A stretch of 64,000 nt of DNA. It comes from Tubulanus polymorphus. Lineage: Eukaryota > Animalia > Nemertea. Under the pieces are notes generated by a model, which did not search any database, was not told the DNA's origin, and saw only the letters and a list, made by a program, of their open reading frames with translations. Location of the stretch: contig NC_134029.1 in NCBI RefSeq assembly GCF_964204645.1, positions 18,160,950 through 18,224,949 on the forward strand, in the 5' to 3' direction. Each line of letters starts with the position of its first letter. The first letter of the stretch is position 1. The position numbers and the translations under genes were made by a program. Of this stretch, positions 49,582 through 64,000 are shown one piece after another.

Positions 49582-52500
49582 GATTATCCTTTAATGCTAT
49601 TGTTGCTACAGATAATAATCAGGAATACCGAACGTATCTCCAAGTGAATGTTCTTTCAATCGAAATAGCAGTTGATATGAAAAGATATCAACATTTCTAT
49701 GTAGATGTTCATCAGTTGAATACAAAATCAACTGGACAAATACATATATGATCAAAACATGTCACATCAGCTGAGTTGACATTTTTTTGCTGTAAACAGC
49801 TGAGTTAGATATTTTTTGCTATAAACAGACATATTCGAGTAGAAGAGTTTCTACAGAAGACTATTGATAGACGAAGTAGCACGAAAATGGTCAGACAATA
49901 TGACGTCACTTCATTCCCTAGAGAAAATGTGATAAAACAAGGCTAAATTTTAAAAAGATTGAATTCAATCAGGAACCAATGCAAAATCATTAACACACTT
50001 GGGAACCCTCAAAATGATCACTCTTAACACCATTAGATTTTTACAATGTTATGTAGCAATTTTGTTAACCTTTGGCGAATGCGTACCTCTAGCTTGGTAC
50101 AAACCAATCTAGACTGGACTAACGATGAACATGGCTTCAGTATTGGTCACCATTATCGATTTTCCTATCGGGTCATTCTTACGCTATAAATCACTGTAAA
50201 AGGTCATGTGATCAATCGAAATGACAGCAAGGACTATAGCAGCCAATGAAACAAAGAGGGCAGCTTATGGTTTTATTTGATTAGCTTTCACCTTAAAATG
50301 AAATGCTACATTCAATAATACATTTACCAGTATTCACTGTGTTTGTTTGATTCAACATTGCTGGCTGATGTAGCAAATCTGAATGAAAATGAGCCTGAGA
50401 CAACTTGACACCCAAAACTACCAAGACAGACCAGACATTCTTTATACAACAAATCGCAGTTAATATGCACGAAAAACCTGCGGGCAGGCGTTTGCTAAAT
50501 GCAAATCCGGAACAATGCCAAAGAGCTACTTAGCCAATGTTGATCTCGACACAAAGTCTCTCGTTCTAGTTAAAAAGCACAAGCCGTGACCCACAGCATA
50601 ATTACACTAATGTCACATCCATCTACTCCAGCATTTCGTCGGTTATATACACACGCTGGGTATTAACAGACTGGCATGTAAAAGTGCTAGCTACATTATT
50701 ACCAGCAGCAAATGAATATTTATTAGCTCAAGTCTTAATTCACTTAATGGTAAACATTACATCCGAGCTGTAGTTTAGGTCATTTCACATACAAGCTTAT
50801 TTCGTCTTTAGAAATTATCGTACCTAAACAAAGCCCTTTTATATATATTAACGAAATGTCTTTTTAAAATAGTCTCAGAGTGAATCTCTTTTAACAATGA
50901 ACAACGTCGGCGTTATGACAAATCGTCACAAATGAAATTGTATCCTCAAAAGAAAAAAACATGTGCTTAGGTTTTTGCATGGAATAACGTGTAGAACCAG
51001 CTGAAGATGACTCAAAAAGATTTTTAAAATAATGCTGCGAAATCTAACACCATCTGTGGCAGTCTATTGTCACAAGTACATTGTTATAAATGTGTTCGTC
51101 CTTAAAATGGGAGGGGGTTGGTCTTCTGATAGACACTTCTGAGTACAATATTTCAAACATATATACGTCCCATGCACGACCACATTTTCCGGACAATATT
51201 TTTCAATAAGGAACAAGGATACATCGCATATGATATTTACCCCATAAACATTACTATTCTAACTTCCAGGAACTAACTTTATAAACCAAATTAAGAATAT
51301 CATTTCATGTATGTATTTGTGCGTAAGTATTTTAAGAATGTTAAGTAAATTGATATTTATCTTACATACAATGTCATTAAGCCATCTATACATCGATTTT
51401 AGAACCCCTGAGTGTATTTGCCTGAACTTTCAAATATTCAAACCCCATAATTGAAACTGCTAAGGATGTCCTTTTTTCCAATCGCAGGGACAATGCTCAG
51501 AACTTGCCCCTGGCTCCAGTCATCAGAGGGAAATAATGGCTATTGAATTTTGCCTGCATGAAACCCGCTGGGAGTCACAAGATGCATACACCATGAACCA
51601 CCCAACGCAAACAAAACGGATGCATATTTCATACAAGCTGTCCATGATTGGTTATTATTACACACATACAGCGAGCATTTCATAAATGTGTCGTCAATTC
51701 AATACATTATATCTGAGCGATATTCGAGCAGCGTTATAGTCCCTAGAGAAAGCAAACAACGGAAAAAACTGCAATAAACGGATATATACTATTGCTAGGT
51801 TTGGTGGTGATCTTATAATTGTAACAACCTCTCCCAGAATGCAACCATTCTTTTATAATGTGTTGTTGAAGTGGAATCTGAAAATGGTATTTACCTAGCC
51901 TGATATCGTAACCATACATGTTTTCATGATCTAATTTGCTCTACATAACCGTTTGCATGGATCACAGCGCAACTTGATATTAGGTTGAACTTGAGCTGGT
52001 GACGTGTAATGATTTTGAATAGCAAGCGGTCAACAGTCACATTTTACTGGGGGGAGGGAGGATGGGAGTTTTACCTGTTATCGTCTTACCAATTACACCT
52101 ATGAATATCGGCGAGGCTGATTTAAAAACAAAATTCTTAATCAAAACGATGATATATGTTTGAAAGGACATACATTTCTTTATTTGTAGAAATCGCATGA
52201 CATTTGAGCTGCGGGCATAACAAATACTATACAGCCGGGTGCCTGAGCATTTTCTTTTCTATTGTAACCAGGCATGATACCAGAATTAATGGTGGGATGT
52301 CATGCATGCTTAGAGATGGATTTTTCCATGACAATACCGCTGCTCTACGCCTGAAGCAGTCGCAGTGTTTATTGCATTAAAGGCCGCGCCAGTTCTCGTA
52401 ATTAGTTCGTCAGTTTTTCTTCGCAGATAACGAAGACAACGAAATCACGATTACCAGCGGAAAAGTATCCGTAGAATCAAACATATCGCAGCAGACGGTC

Positions 52501-54219
52501 CATTTTAGTAGACTTGGTGTGAATCGGTTTATGAGGTCAGGATTTCATTCAAATTTCATTTTAGCGGGCGCCGCATGATATTCTGGGCTCAGTTCGAAGC
52601 ATCGTATTGTATGTAATTCAATCAGGGGGATTAACTTTATAGTGAATTAACTACATGTATAGACAATCCCTCTTGGTTGAACTACAAAACGCAGCTTGCC
52701 AAGCATCGAATATCTGTGTTGACACTATATCAGAAAATAGAACCAGCTCATACTATCAGGTTTTCTGCACGGAATCACTTCATGCTCTTGCTACGTTTTC
52801 TAATTAACTATCTCGATTTTATAGCCTACATATGTTTTTCCTACAAAAGATTACAGCCATGATCATTACAAAAAAAAATATCAGAAAGTGGACTAGAACT
52901 ACCTCAATGGCTTTTAAGCATACGTTGATTCTCTACATCATGAAAATTAAGATTCAAACTCTGAAAACATTTCATAACTACAAACTGCTGTTATTTGTTA
53001 CCTAATGCCAAGAGCGAGCGTATTGTATTGTAGGAAAAACGGCCAAGGAAAATTTATGACGATTGGAGATTGAATTATCTATCTACAATGATCTTTATAT
53101 CTAACAACATTATTTATTCTTATTTGGCCATTTTTTTTCCGTTCACCAGCATATTGATGCTTTTAATTCCGAGACTAACTACACAGATTATTCATTGTCA
53201 TTCAAAATGCTTACACTGATAGCTAGATGACAGACTGGTTTGACGAGCTGTCTACATACAACAGTGACAATATCCTGCACGCACACGCGCAAGCACCGGT
53301 GTATCTCCAGTACATCGTGCCCCTTACTCATCGTAATAATTCGAATTGTTTATTGATCTCTCAGCAGACAGAATTAAAAGTCCTCTAGGGTTTATATAGA
53401 TCATCATCCAGTGTCTGTGAATGGTGAATTGATATAACACCATCACATACCATAAGCGGCGCTCACATGAGATTCTGGGTTTAGGAGGTACCGTATTTAT
53501 GTGGCGCCGAATACTGAGCCCACTTCAGTGCTGATATAGTACTATTGCACTATCATAATGTCAAATTATGTGTCTAAAACTACCTATATATTTCTTCATT
53601 TTTGATGGCTTCATAAAAAAATGGGATTTGAAAACCATTAAAAACTTTGACACGCGCAAATAAGTCATCCATGGCAGAGTGTGTGTAGTACACCTGGCTT
53701 GCTAAGTATCATTAAATCAACATCCGCAGTACAGAAAATGGAAAATATATATACAGAAAATACATATATGTGGCCATCTCGGTATTGTACCTGGATCAGG
53801 TTACCGGTGCGGAATCATTTTCCGCACTTAATAAGCCTGGTATTTCAGTCGCGTACCGAATAAGCCGCAAATAAATCGGGTATCATTGTAATAAAATGAG
53901 TAGTTTATAAACCGTGCGAATTGTTGATAATGTGCAGTAAAAATAAAATAATAATATTATATATGGGACATTTTCTTCCCACTAGACAAATTGGGACATA
54001 TTTTCCCGGCACATTTTTTGTATACTGTTTTCATTTGCTTGGCCTTAAGTTCAAGATAATCTGATTTAAAATTTGTGCTTTGAATCCACAAAAAAATATC
54101 ACTGGGAAAACAATGCACTAGGATGTAGTTCATAGGAGCCTTTCTCAAATTATTGGGTCAAAATATGGAACTGGCATGAATCAGGACCATAATGAGATAT
54201 ATGACATTGATGTTACACA

Positions 54220-57200
54220 AGAATTTTCGGCCTGGGACAACTGTTCACATGGGTACCAAATGTGCCCCGTGCCTGTTTGGCCTGACCAAATTTAGCACGG
54301 GTCAAATTCTGGAAGTGACTCAAGCATTGTTCAGTATCGAGTGAGTGGTTTACATGTGAACGGCCTCATCTGTGCCAATTTGGTCCGCGCCAAATCATCT
54401 CCGTGTGATAGCGGCTATATAAGCAATGGTGAGAGGACGAGGGCTGGATGAATAATCATTTCTCATCTTTTACAACTAACATTGTTTTAAAATACACGTA
54501 AATTCATTGTTTTTCAGTAATCAATTTAGACAGGGACATAGATACACATAAGATAACAAAGTTATCACATGCTTTTCTCATACATCACCATCTATCAAAC
54601 ACTATGACAAGCACACATTCACTCAAACATGTAACCACGAAGTACTGCGATCATATACAAAAAACATGATTATAATAGAAACCATCAGGCTGCCTATTAT
54701 TATTCAGTAGATATCTTAAACGCACCATGATTCTGAATAATATTTCATTGAAATGGTAATACAAATTGATACATGTCGATGACTATGTTGGCTCCTCACC
54801 TTTGTCCAAAGATTGCAATCGTCAAGATTTAACCATAATGCGAACCTACTCCAGTTCCGCACAGATAGATTTCAGACTGAGGAATAAATCAGATACTATT
54901 ATGATTACGAATCCACACAACAGTCTTCCTCTGTTTCATTGCGCTACTTTCGCATATTTCCGTATTTGTCAATTGGCCTTACTAAGGTCAGGCAGACTCT
55001 GAACACATTTCTAGCTCATTTGCCTCGGGCCTGGTCAGATGTTTTTGCTCGGGCCCATTTGGCACCCGTGTGAACAGTTGTTCCAGGCCAAATTTGGCAC
55101 ATTTGGCCCGGGCCAAAAATGCTCGTGTGATCGCTGCTATAAACAGGCAAATCAGTGGAATGGGCGAAAGACGCGGAGGTGTAATGCACTGTACTGGCAG
55201 TGGATGCATGATTAGTCGAGACTAGTTTATAAATTATGTCCATTAGATGAACATCAGAAACCCCAAACCCCATTGGCTTTCCATTTCAGGCTTGATAGAA
55301 GATCGTTTAAAAAATTTGCAAAAAATTACTCAAGATTTTTATTCTATGTAGGTGTAGCATGTTACTACCATAAGGCGTTAGAGGTAGGGTTAAAGTGTTA
55401 AACTGACCCCCCTCAAGTTTCTCGTGTTGATACATAATTTTTTCTATGTACAGTATTTGTACACGCTCTTCCACGTGAGAAAGTATCCAATGAACGATAA
55501 CAAACTGTTTTTACACATCTTACACAGATGAAACGAAATGATAGGTTATCAACGAGCAAAAACAGTGCGTCATACTCATAGCATACAACTTACACTACTG
55601 TACTTTTTCCAACTCCGACTAAACATACCCGACATTCTAACATTTCTCATCTGTTTTAGTTTTACAGAAAGACTATATTTCGTAATCAGAAATGAAGCGC
55701 CAGTAATGCTCCGTATTCATATTTCCCTCTCTCATTCCACAAAATACCCTGAATCTATCCAAGGATAAAGTTGGTTCTGGAATACAATACCTAAAATACG
55801 GATCATGGGTATGATAGCCGATATAGATATATCTTGATATCTTGACCCGCAGAGAAAATCTCAATGAATTTCATACTGGATATAACAAACGATGCAATTT
55901 TCAAGATTCCTTGAGCGCATCGTAACAACATTCCACTGCGAGCTAAATATCTTTAGATAAGCGTTCTACATGTTCTACAGCATTATCGAGCGCTATGTTT
56001 CTTGGTTCTTTCCATTTAGTATTCAAATTGCTCATAGAACGTTTAAAGGGTCATAGAATAGTGATTTCCAGATCCAAAAAGCGCTTGAATGCATAATTAG
56101 TGTGTCTACGAGAAAGAGATAATCCAATAAATCCATATCTAAGTAGACTGCCATCAATCCATCGCAATCTTCCCGCTCCATCAAGTCATAGGGGTGACCT
56201 AAGCAGGGCATAAAGGACTTAAAAATGGTGCAACGTTTGATAATGTTGCTGGATCCACCCTTGCTTCTATCTAGTCAGTAAAAACATTTTCACAGCGATG
56301 CTAAAACGACGTACATGAGGCAGCTGAGAATCAGTATCGGTAGTCTCTGCCCGAGCAGCGGGAAAAGCATTATAAGCTGGATGGTTTAGAAGAGTCCAGT
56401 AAATATTTACACAGTATGTATATAACCCATTTGCTCAGCGCAACACAGTAGTAGCAATCTTGTGAATTCAATAGAAAGTCGTCACATATAGAATGTTAGT
56501 GCCTTGAAGGCAAAAAACTGAGGAAGAAAATGTAAATTGGGAATCAAATAGGATAAATGAGAGCACACCGCCCTCACACAAACATTTTTGGACTGTAACA
56601 ACCACTCTCACAGAGCTGCCATTTGGCCTGACCAAAGACCAAAATGTCCAGGTCCGGAAGTGACTCACTTCCCTTTGTGTAGGCGTTGTTTAGTATCGAG
56701 TGGTTTGTGTGAGAACGCACTCACAGTCCAGTTTTTTTTTTGTCAGTGTAAATTGATCTGCTCTAAAAATGGAATGGAGACCAATTTCCGATGGACTTTT
56801 CACTAGTGTGAACGCACATAGTCTGTGATGTAGACACGCTTATGAACAAGGATTTGGGTGCTTGAAATTGGTTAAAGGGTAATTAGTCTTTTATAAATCA
56901 AGAAATTCCTTAGACTGGACTAATTACCTCAAATAAACCGTCAATCATTAAGTCGGATCGGCCTTCTATATCAATTGCAAATTCATATTACGTGTTAAAT
57001 TATATAAATTAATTAAATAGGCTTGAAATTAAATGTCTTGATTGAATTCGGTGATTTTGCCAAGTTCGTATGCCGCAAGGATTTGGGGTCTCTGCTCTCG
57101 CGGATATTCATCGGAGATTTATCGCAGATCAGTATTCTAGCCCAATAAACTCACCCAGGAACCGGATATCTGCTACGATTATGTAAGAGATGTATCGATT

Positions 57201-59730
57201 GTGTCAGCGTACAAAGTGACTAATAATCTAACTAAATGTGACTGATAATGAAATTTTCATGCAAGTGTTTATCTGATACTAATACAAGAGGAAATTGGTT
57301 AATAATTCATGCTAGGCACATTCTGCCACTAGATAATGGAACGAGACAAGGCAGGAGAACATCGCTTCACTGTAGGGGGTTGTTAAAGAGCTAAAGGGGG
57401 TTCTTATAAGCCGCAATCACACACTTTTGACCAGAACCAACCATTCACATGCGTGTCAAATGGGCCTATGCCTACTTGGCCTGAGCCAGATTTTAGCATG
57501 GGTCAAATTATTGAGTATGAAATGCTTAAGCTTTGTTTAGTATCTCAAGTGAGTGGTTTGTGGGCTCATTAGTTCGGCACAGCCAAATTTTACTCAGGCC
57601 TGATCTGGGCCAATCTGACCTGACCCTATCATTTCCATGTTTTTTTTTGGCTTTATGTCGCTTGGATCTTGGTTTCCTAAGACTACCCCTATTGGATTAT
57701 TCAGTTAACCTCACGATGGGACGGCCTTTGAAGTGTTGCCCGCACACTTTAAGCAGCCATGTGTCAACGTTCACTGATAAGAGTTCATGAAGACCTCTAT
57801 AACTAAATAGATTCAGTTTTAATATTGCATGCAAAAAATCTTTGGTTTCCAACTCCAGTGTACATTTCAAACATTTGATACGTATACATGTACTGTTTGA
57901 GCATTCATTTCCTGTGCATTGATCTCATGCATTCAACATTCCAAAAAGCGTACAATTTACTGTCAAATGAGAGGGAGAGAATGGGAACAGGGGTTGGATT
58001 ATTGGTAGTAAATTATTCAGTAATCACAGCTCCCGACTATGAATGCGAACGATCAATAAAACTTGCTATGCGTATTTTTCTCCTTCATTCTCTCTCCAGA
58101 CGAGGCAACTGATGCGTTCTCTATCCCTCTCTCTCTCTCTCTAGATTTATATTAGTATTCATAGTCGACAAGATTTACCCACCGCGACACAAGTCTCATA
58201 TACTCCTCCGCTGCCTAATTCCCCTCAAAGAACCCGGGGAATACGCAATCAGCATTTTCGCCGTACCCGATTACATAACTAGAGGCAAGTAAGAAAATAG
58301 AACTCTTGGTTGAATGTAAAGCTGTTAAGCGCCGATTAGAAAGATTTCATCGACGGAATAAACCGATCCTGCAATTGGGATTTAATATTGAACGTGGCGG
58401 GATTTATTTCGTTATCAAGTGAAACTACTTTGTGTGACTCGGTCGTTGTTGGTCGAGGAAATGTATATCTCTGTGAGACCCGGTTTTCTAATGAGCCACT
58501 ATCTTCCATGGCCTAGACTTTTAACCTATCCAATATTTCAGACGAGGGCCTTGATAAGCACAATGTAGCTGAAACCATGGCTGGCTTATGTCGACAAGCA
58601 ACGCAACGCCTACCGACGCAACTAGGTTTATCGCCGATTAGTGGCAACTAGCGGCCTACGAGAGGCCGCCAGCTCGACATAAGCCAGCTTGCAATGGTAA
58701 CCCTACCAACTCGTCGTAAGCCGTATCCGGCTAGTTGCCCATGTTCTACTCCGGCCCACGGTAGGCAGACAGTTGCTTTCGATCACAACCGACATAAGCT
58801 CATCTGCGACGCGACGGAACTGAGCGCAGGGGTTCCAGCCAATAAGAGACCGCATATACATAGTACAAATTATGACTGCTAGTAAATGTCATTCGTAATT
58901 AGTCATAAACTTTCAAATTCAAGTAGTTCAAAACGTAAAATAAACCTTCAGCATGGCAGATGACTGGACCGAAGATCTAGAAACGAAATTGGTAGAATTA
59001 TGGTGCGAGCGGCCATATTTATATATTGTCGCTAGCACATTGTATTCAAAACAGAATCATAAAGACAAAGATCTTAAAGAAATAGCTTTTCTAATAGAAA
59101 TATATTTCCCAATAATTCAAATTCATTCTCAAAGTGCTTATCACGTGACCATTTGAGCCGTTGCATTTGCCAGTAATCGTAACCGACATAAGCAGGGAAG
59201 CAACTGGGAGGATCTCGTATCCCGCTAGTCGGCCTCAGTTGCTGCGAATTGGAGCGCAGTCGACATAAGCTGGGCTGCGATCGCGGTTGCTCTCAGTTGC
59301 GTCGGTAGGAGTCGGTAGGCGTCGCGTTGCTTGTCGACATAAGCCAGCCTTTAGATTCTCCACGTAGGCTTGAGATTATCAATCAATGTAGCTAGACTGG
59401 TATATCAAGATGAGCATTATATACCGATTTTTTTCAGATCTCTCAAATAAGCCACGATCACATGGAGACAATTTAGCAGGAGTTACATCGGCATGGATCA
59501 GGCTGAATCTAATATTGGCCTGTCTATAATAATAGAGCGCGTTCACACGTAAATTACTCATTCGCTGCTCAACAGTGCAACAAAGTGAAGTCAGTCACTT
59601 CAGGAACTTGTAGCAATTCACATGCAATAATTTGACCGTGCTCCGTTGATCCATTTGGCACCTGTGTGAACAGTTGCTCTGGGTTGAACTTGGCCCCAGC
59701 CAAAAAACACTTGCGTGATCATGGCTATTT
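54220..59730. repeat. Dispersed degenerate MITE family (copies at about 54220-54417, 55020-55140, 56600-56815, 57408-57620 and 59620-59730)
   Basis: Shared motifs CGTGTGATAGCGGCT / AGCCGCAATCACAC, GGCACCCGTGTGAACAGTTG, TTTGGCCTGRSCCAAA and GGAAGTGACT in both orientations. Confidence 0.65.
58579..59349 (+). mobile_element. Non-autonomous Harbinger element (771 bp) retaining a MADF exon
   Basis: TIR of about 39 bp GGCTGGCTTATGTCGACAAGCAACGCRACGCCTACCGAC at both ends; internal CGACATAAGC repeats; ORF 58953 MADDWTEDLETKLVELWCERPYLY. Confidence 0.85.
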
Positions 59731-62675
59731 TATAACCACCCACCCCTGGATTCTATTCACCTACATAGGTTTTTGATAACTGAACAAATATGAGAAAGTG
59801 AGCTGATTCGAACATCCGTCATTGATTGCTCGAGGACTAAAAATCATTAGCAAATGCGAAAATTCATGTCTCGACTGTGGCAAATACGTGACAAAAATCA
59901 GTCTAAATCCCGACATATTATCAACTGATCTCGGGCAAAATTCCCATGACTGTCTGAACAGTAGGTATAGATGCGATATCCTCGGAGGTGATGAGAACAG
60001 ATAACTGACACCATGAACAGCATAATGAAAAAAACTACATTGATAAGAACATTGCATTGCTGTGCCAGGGCTGGTTTCCAACATCTCTGCTTTTGAATTA
60101 TTTCTATGTAATACAAATCTACAATACAGAACAGATTGGGGATTCAACCAGACAAATCCCTTAGGATTTTTTTGAATTCCCCGACAGTCCTTTATGATAT
60201 AAATCTTCCTTGTAACAAAATTTGTAACTTGCAAGACTATAGAAATAAATGAAATGAAATTGGGCCATTGCCTGGTATCGATTTCATTTGCAAAGGTTTT
60301 ATAGAAATCGGTTATTTCAAATTTATAAGCCCGGTAATCATATTTGCAAGTGAGAAATTTGCCGACCAATTTCCAGCTGAAAAAAGTTGCAGGACCGGAG
60401 GTATGTTAGATGAAAATCTAAGCCCAACTGTTATCGCTGCTTTGCTGCTATATAGAGTTCTTGAAAAAGAAAAAATCTTCAAATTGTAAGAACAATTATG
60501 GCACCTGAATACCGAATATACTTTGTATATTTGGTAATACTGATAGTTTCAGTAAACAGGTTCGTGACATAACATTTTATGACTACTAATTTTTTCATCA
60601 CTGGGTCAATGTTATTGTACGCATTGAAGCGCACATTCTACAACTTAGAATTCAAGCACCCGTGGATATTACACCCCATTAACAGAAGTGTTTCACTCAT
60701 AAAAATTGTCTTTGTGTTATGTTTTGCTCAGTTAGCAATGAAGTTATGACTTGTTGTCGGCCTCGATTTTCTAAATACCGTTTTATTGCCACATTAGGTC
60801 TACGCCACTGAGTGACTGACGTTGACTTGGAATCGGTTGAATTTTTCCTTCTCAGATATCATATCAGCCGACACTATAAATCTATTTCGAAATGAACAAA
60901 TACGGGTCAGCCGATGTTATCCTTATTTATTCTTATGTTGTACATAGATTTTTATCAATAAACTTATCACGTTTTATGTGCTTTATTACAGGCGACATGA
61001 AATAATTGTACATCAGGTACAAGCGGGGCGCGCGTGCGGCAGATTCCATCAGAGCCGACAGATAAATCAATTTCTATACCATTTACTGGCGTGTTATCCT
61101 TGGCTTTTATCGCGAAAACATCAATATATTTATCACCGCAACATCAGCAGTATACAGAACCAGCTATAGAACTGAGAGTGAGAGAGAGAGTATGATGTAA
61201 GATAGAAGGAGAATGGTTTGTAAGAACTACACTCCTAAAAAACTTGTCGAATCCTCTTTTCATGAGTGTAATATTAGTATTAGGAACTCTATTGAACTTG
61301 TTTTATATAAACACAGATATTGTGTAATATCCTTCCACCCATGAAAATTGTGCGTACACTGTAGTATTAAAATGAGACTATGAAAATAGACTATGAAAGC
61401 ATGGCCAAGTTAGCTACGCATTATGTCATTTAATAAGTAGTAGGCTGAAATTTACCGGAAAAATCTTTCTCATCAATAATCCACAGAAAAGAGCAATGCA
61501 GCCGTAACACATTCTAGATAGTGCCTAGAGCAAGTAACTGACAAACAGATCTCAGTCAAAATATATGCCATTATAGCAATATACAGCTATTTGATGATCA
61601 TATTTCAGTTTTCAGTTTTTCAGGAAACTTTTTCATCACAGCAGCAGTTTCTCAAGAGAAAAGACTTCAACTGTTTTCCTTTGCACCGGGCAAAAGTAAA
61701 AAAATTGTTCTGATACGAGCCTAGCCTCTCATGAGTTATACAGTAGAGTCTGGGTGGTGGCGTCAGGCAAATATTCCTGTTCATTAAGTCTTATATGTGT
61801 AACATCAACTTTACAAACACCTCATTTTCAAACATCTGAACTTGTTGTGCCCTTAGTCAAGTAGCCTTGAATGCATATTTATGAAACGATATAAGTGCTG
61901 AAATACTCAAATATATACGTCCCATAAGCACCTAATTTTCAAACATTTTTCTGAACGTTGCGCCTCTTGTCAAGTGGCCTGGATCAATAAAATCTAATGC
62001 ACATTTGATATCATACACGGTGCAGATTACATCAATCAAAAATAATGTGTATGCCCAAGCATCTGATTTATCCTCTGCAGTGACCTGTCAAAGCAATGAT
62101 CACTTCAAGTACAGAGCGCTTAAACTTGATTTGAAAAATATAATGCAAGTACAAAGTGCGGACATTCACAGATCGAAAACCAGCCAGTTCATAGAGAAAT
62201 TATATATGCTAGTTGTAAATGCTACATAATATTATCATTATTGTCACTTGGGAGAGGGAAGAGAGGGAGAGTGAGAGGCAGAGAGGGATTCAATTTGCAG
62301 TGTTAATCTTACTGGATTCCCGCGTACCTTACCTGAGAGCGAACCTGGCTCTGCTGTGTTTTATGTACAGAGACAAGAGACAGCACTGGTTAGCGTGACT
62401 AATACATCTAAAGTGCTGATCAAGTTATCTTGATTCATTAGCCGTTACCAGTCAGTCGTCAGAAATATAAAACACGTCGCATAGAAATTGAGTTTCATGT
62501 ATGTTTTTCATTCACACACACACACACAGCCATATGCGGAGATCTTAATCCAAATTCATGTTCAAAGCTCACATTTCCTAACGCAAATTATAAGTTATAT
62601 AACCAGCGCAAGGAATGATCTTATATCCGGGCGCTAATTTTATAGAACAATTTTCAGAAACCTATTATTGACTAA

Positions 62676-62960
62676 AGCCCAACGCACGCAGCACCGAAAA
62701 AACGTTTTTTCCTCGTGAAAAAACGTTTTCGATGTTTTTTGTTATGCCGTGTGCGGGGGAGGCAAAACACAAAACGCCGAACTGAAAAACGTTTTTCGCG
62801 AATGATTTGCGAAAAACGTTTTATGTAGTGGAAAAAGTTTTTCGTCCCGTGTCCGTTGAACGTTTTATCGTTTGCGGGCAAAACGTTTTACGAAAAACGT
62901 TTTGTGAAAAATGTATTTTCTGTTTCGGCGAAACAAATCTTTTGCCGTGTGCGTTGGGCT
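62676..62960. mobile_element. Harbinger/Tourist-like MITE
   Basis: TAA|AGCCCAACGCAC ... GTGCGTTGGGCT with many internal AAAACGTTTT palindromes. Confidence 0.78.
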
Positions 62961-63403
62961 TGGTAGTTGACAAAAATTTCTCTGCCTTCATGAGAAGAAT
63001 CTGTAATTCTAAATCTTCAAGAAAAGCCATTCAGATCGCCTAACTTATAAAACTGTAACTGTTAAAACACAGCCTTATAGAAATAAACTGCGCTCCACCA
63101 TTAAGCACTTATTGAAATTTACTGGCATGTGGTCTGGCGCTGTAATTTCTGTTACTGATGTTGATACAAAACCAATTAGGCCAACACAATGAAGCACATG
63201 TTTTCTTCATTCATTGCCAGACAGGTATCTAAGTGTATAAACTATGAGCTACTTTCTCAGCTGCAAACAACTCAGGCCATGGCAACCTGAGTTAATACAT
63301 CCACGCTCAGGCCAAACGGATAAAGCCACATAAAGCCACGGGTAAGCCATGGATAAAGCACTAGGTTCTTTATTGGAATCCCGGCATTCTCTAGGCGCTT
63401 GAG

Positions 63404-63665
63404 CAGGGCGGATCAAGCATTTCCGAAAAGGGGGTGCGGTCTACAACTACTTGGGTCACTACTTAATATGGGGCAGGGTCTGGGTATGCTCCTCCTGAAA
63501 ATTTTCAAAATTAGATGCATTCTGAGCACTTTTCTGGTTGAAATTCGTAATGAAATATGTTCATAATTTCACCATTTTCTAAACAAAAATTCTTGGGTAG
63601 AAAATTCCAAGGTCACTCAAAAAGAATCTCGGGTGTGGGGCTGCGCACCCCTTGGATCCGCCAAT
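63404..63665. mobile_element. Degenerate hAT-like MITE
   Basis: CAGGGCGGATCAAG...GGGGTGC and GCACCCC-TTGGATCCGCC inverted ends. Confidence 0.6.
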
Positions 63666-64000
63666 ATTGGGTAAAAATGCGGATACACAGACCATTACTG
63701 ACTGCTTAGTTTACAGCAAACATATCAACATATAGAGTGTCACCTCCATGCTCAGACATCTAAACATGAACCTGGGAGGTTTTCCCTGGTGTAGCTCAGT
63801 CAAATTAGGACACAAATAAACACATACGTTTGTACTTAGTCAAACACATCTCTGACTTGATGAGCGTTACATCAATATTAACCCTCAGTGGCTATGAGAA
63901 AGGATCTTTACATAAGAGATGAGGTTATTAGAGGTCATGTGCGCTATATGGTTGGTATTATTTGCTGTTCTCGAGAATGAAAAAAGCCAGTGACTAGCAG

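Noticed and set aside
59761-60369. 202-aa minus-strand ORF
   Set aside because: Non-ATG start, no recognisable domain and no clear splice context; probably chance.
62672-63043. Overlapping K/R/F-rich ORFs
   Set aside because: Products of the AAAACGTTTT repeats in a MITE.

Overview
AT-rich animal genomic DNA with spliceosomal introns. A marine invertebrate, probably a lophotrochozoan, is inferred from the repeat types; the species cannot be identified from sequence alone. Bases 1-25,300 are a dense transposon graveyard with two nested chains. Chain 1: Harbinger remnant < MITE < Ty1/copia < piggyBac-1 < Helentron-like HINEs with 146-bp repeats. Chain 2: copia 3' LTR < IS3EU-like element < an apparently intact piggyBac-2 with self-hairpin TIRs. 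The same region holds R4/Dong-type, Penelope-like, Harbinger-MADF, P-like and Gypsy remnants, plus an unidentified spliced gene relic with tandem exon duplications. Bases 26,400-40,000 hold a ZNF608/ZNF609 (scribbler/brakeless) orthologue on the minus strand, with five coding exons that splice in frame to 1,535 aa. A single-exon GT31 beta-1,3-galactosyltransferase lies at 48,589-49,581 (-). The rest is intergenic or intronic DNA with MITEs and microsatellites. All homology calls are motif recognition by eye; no database searches were run.
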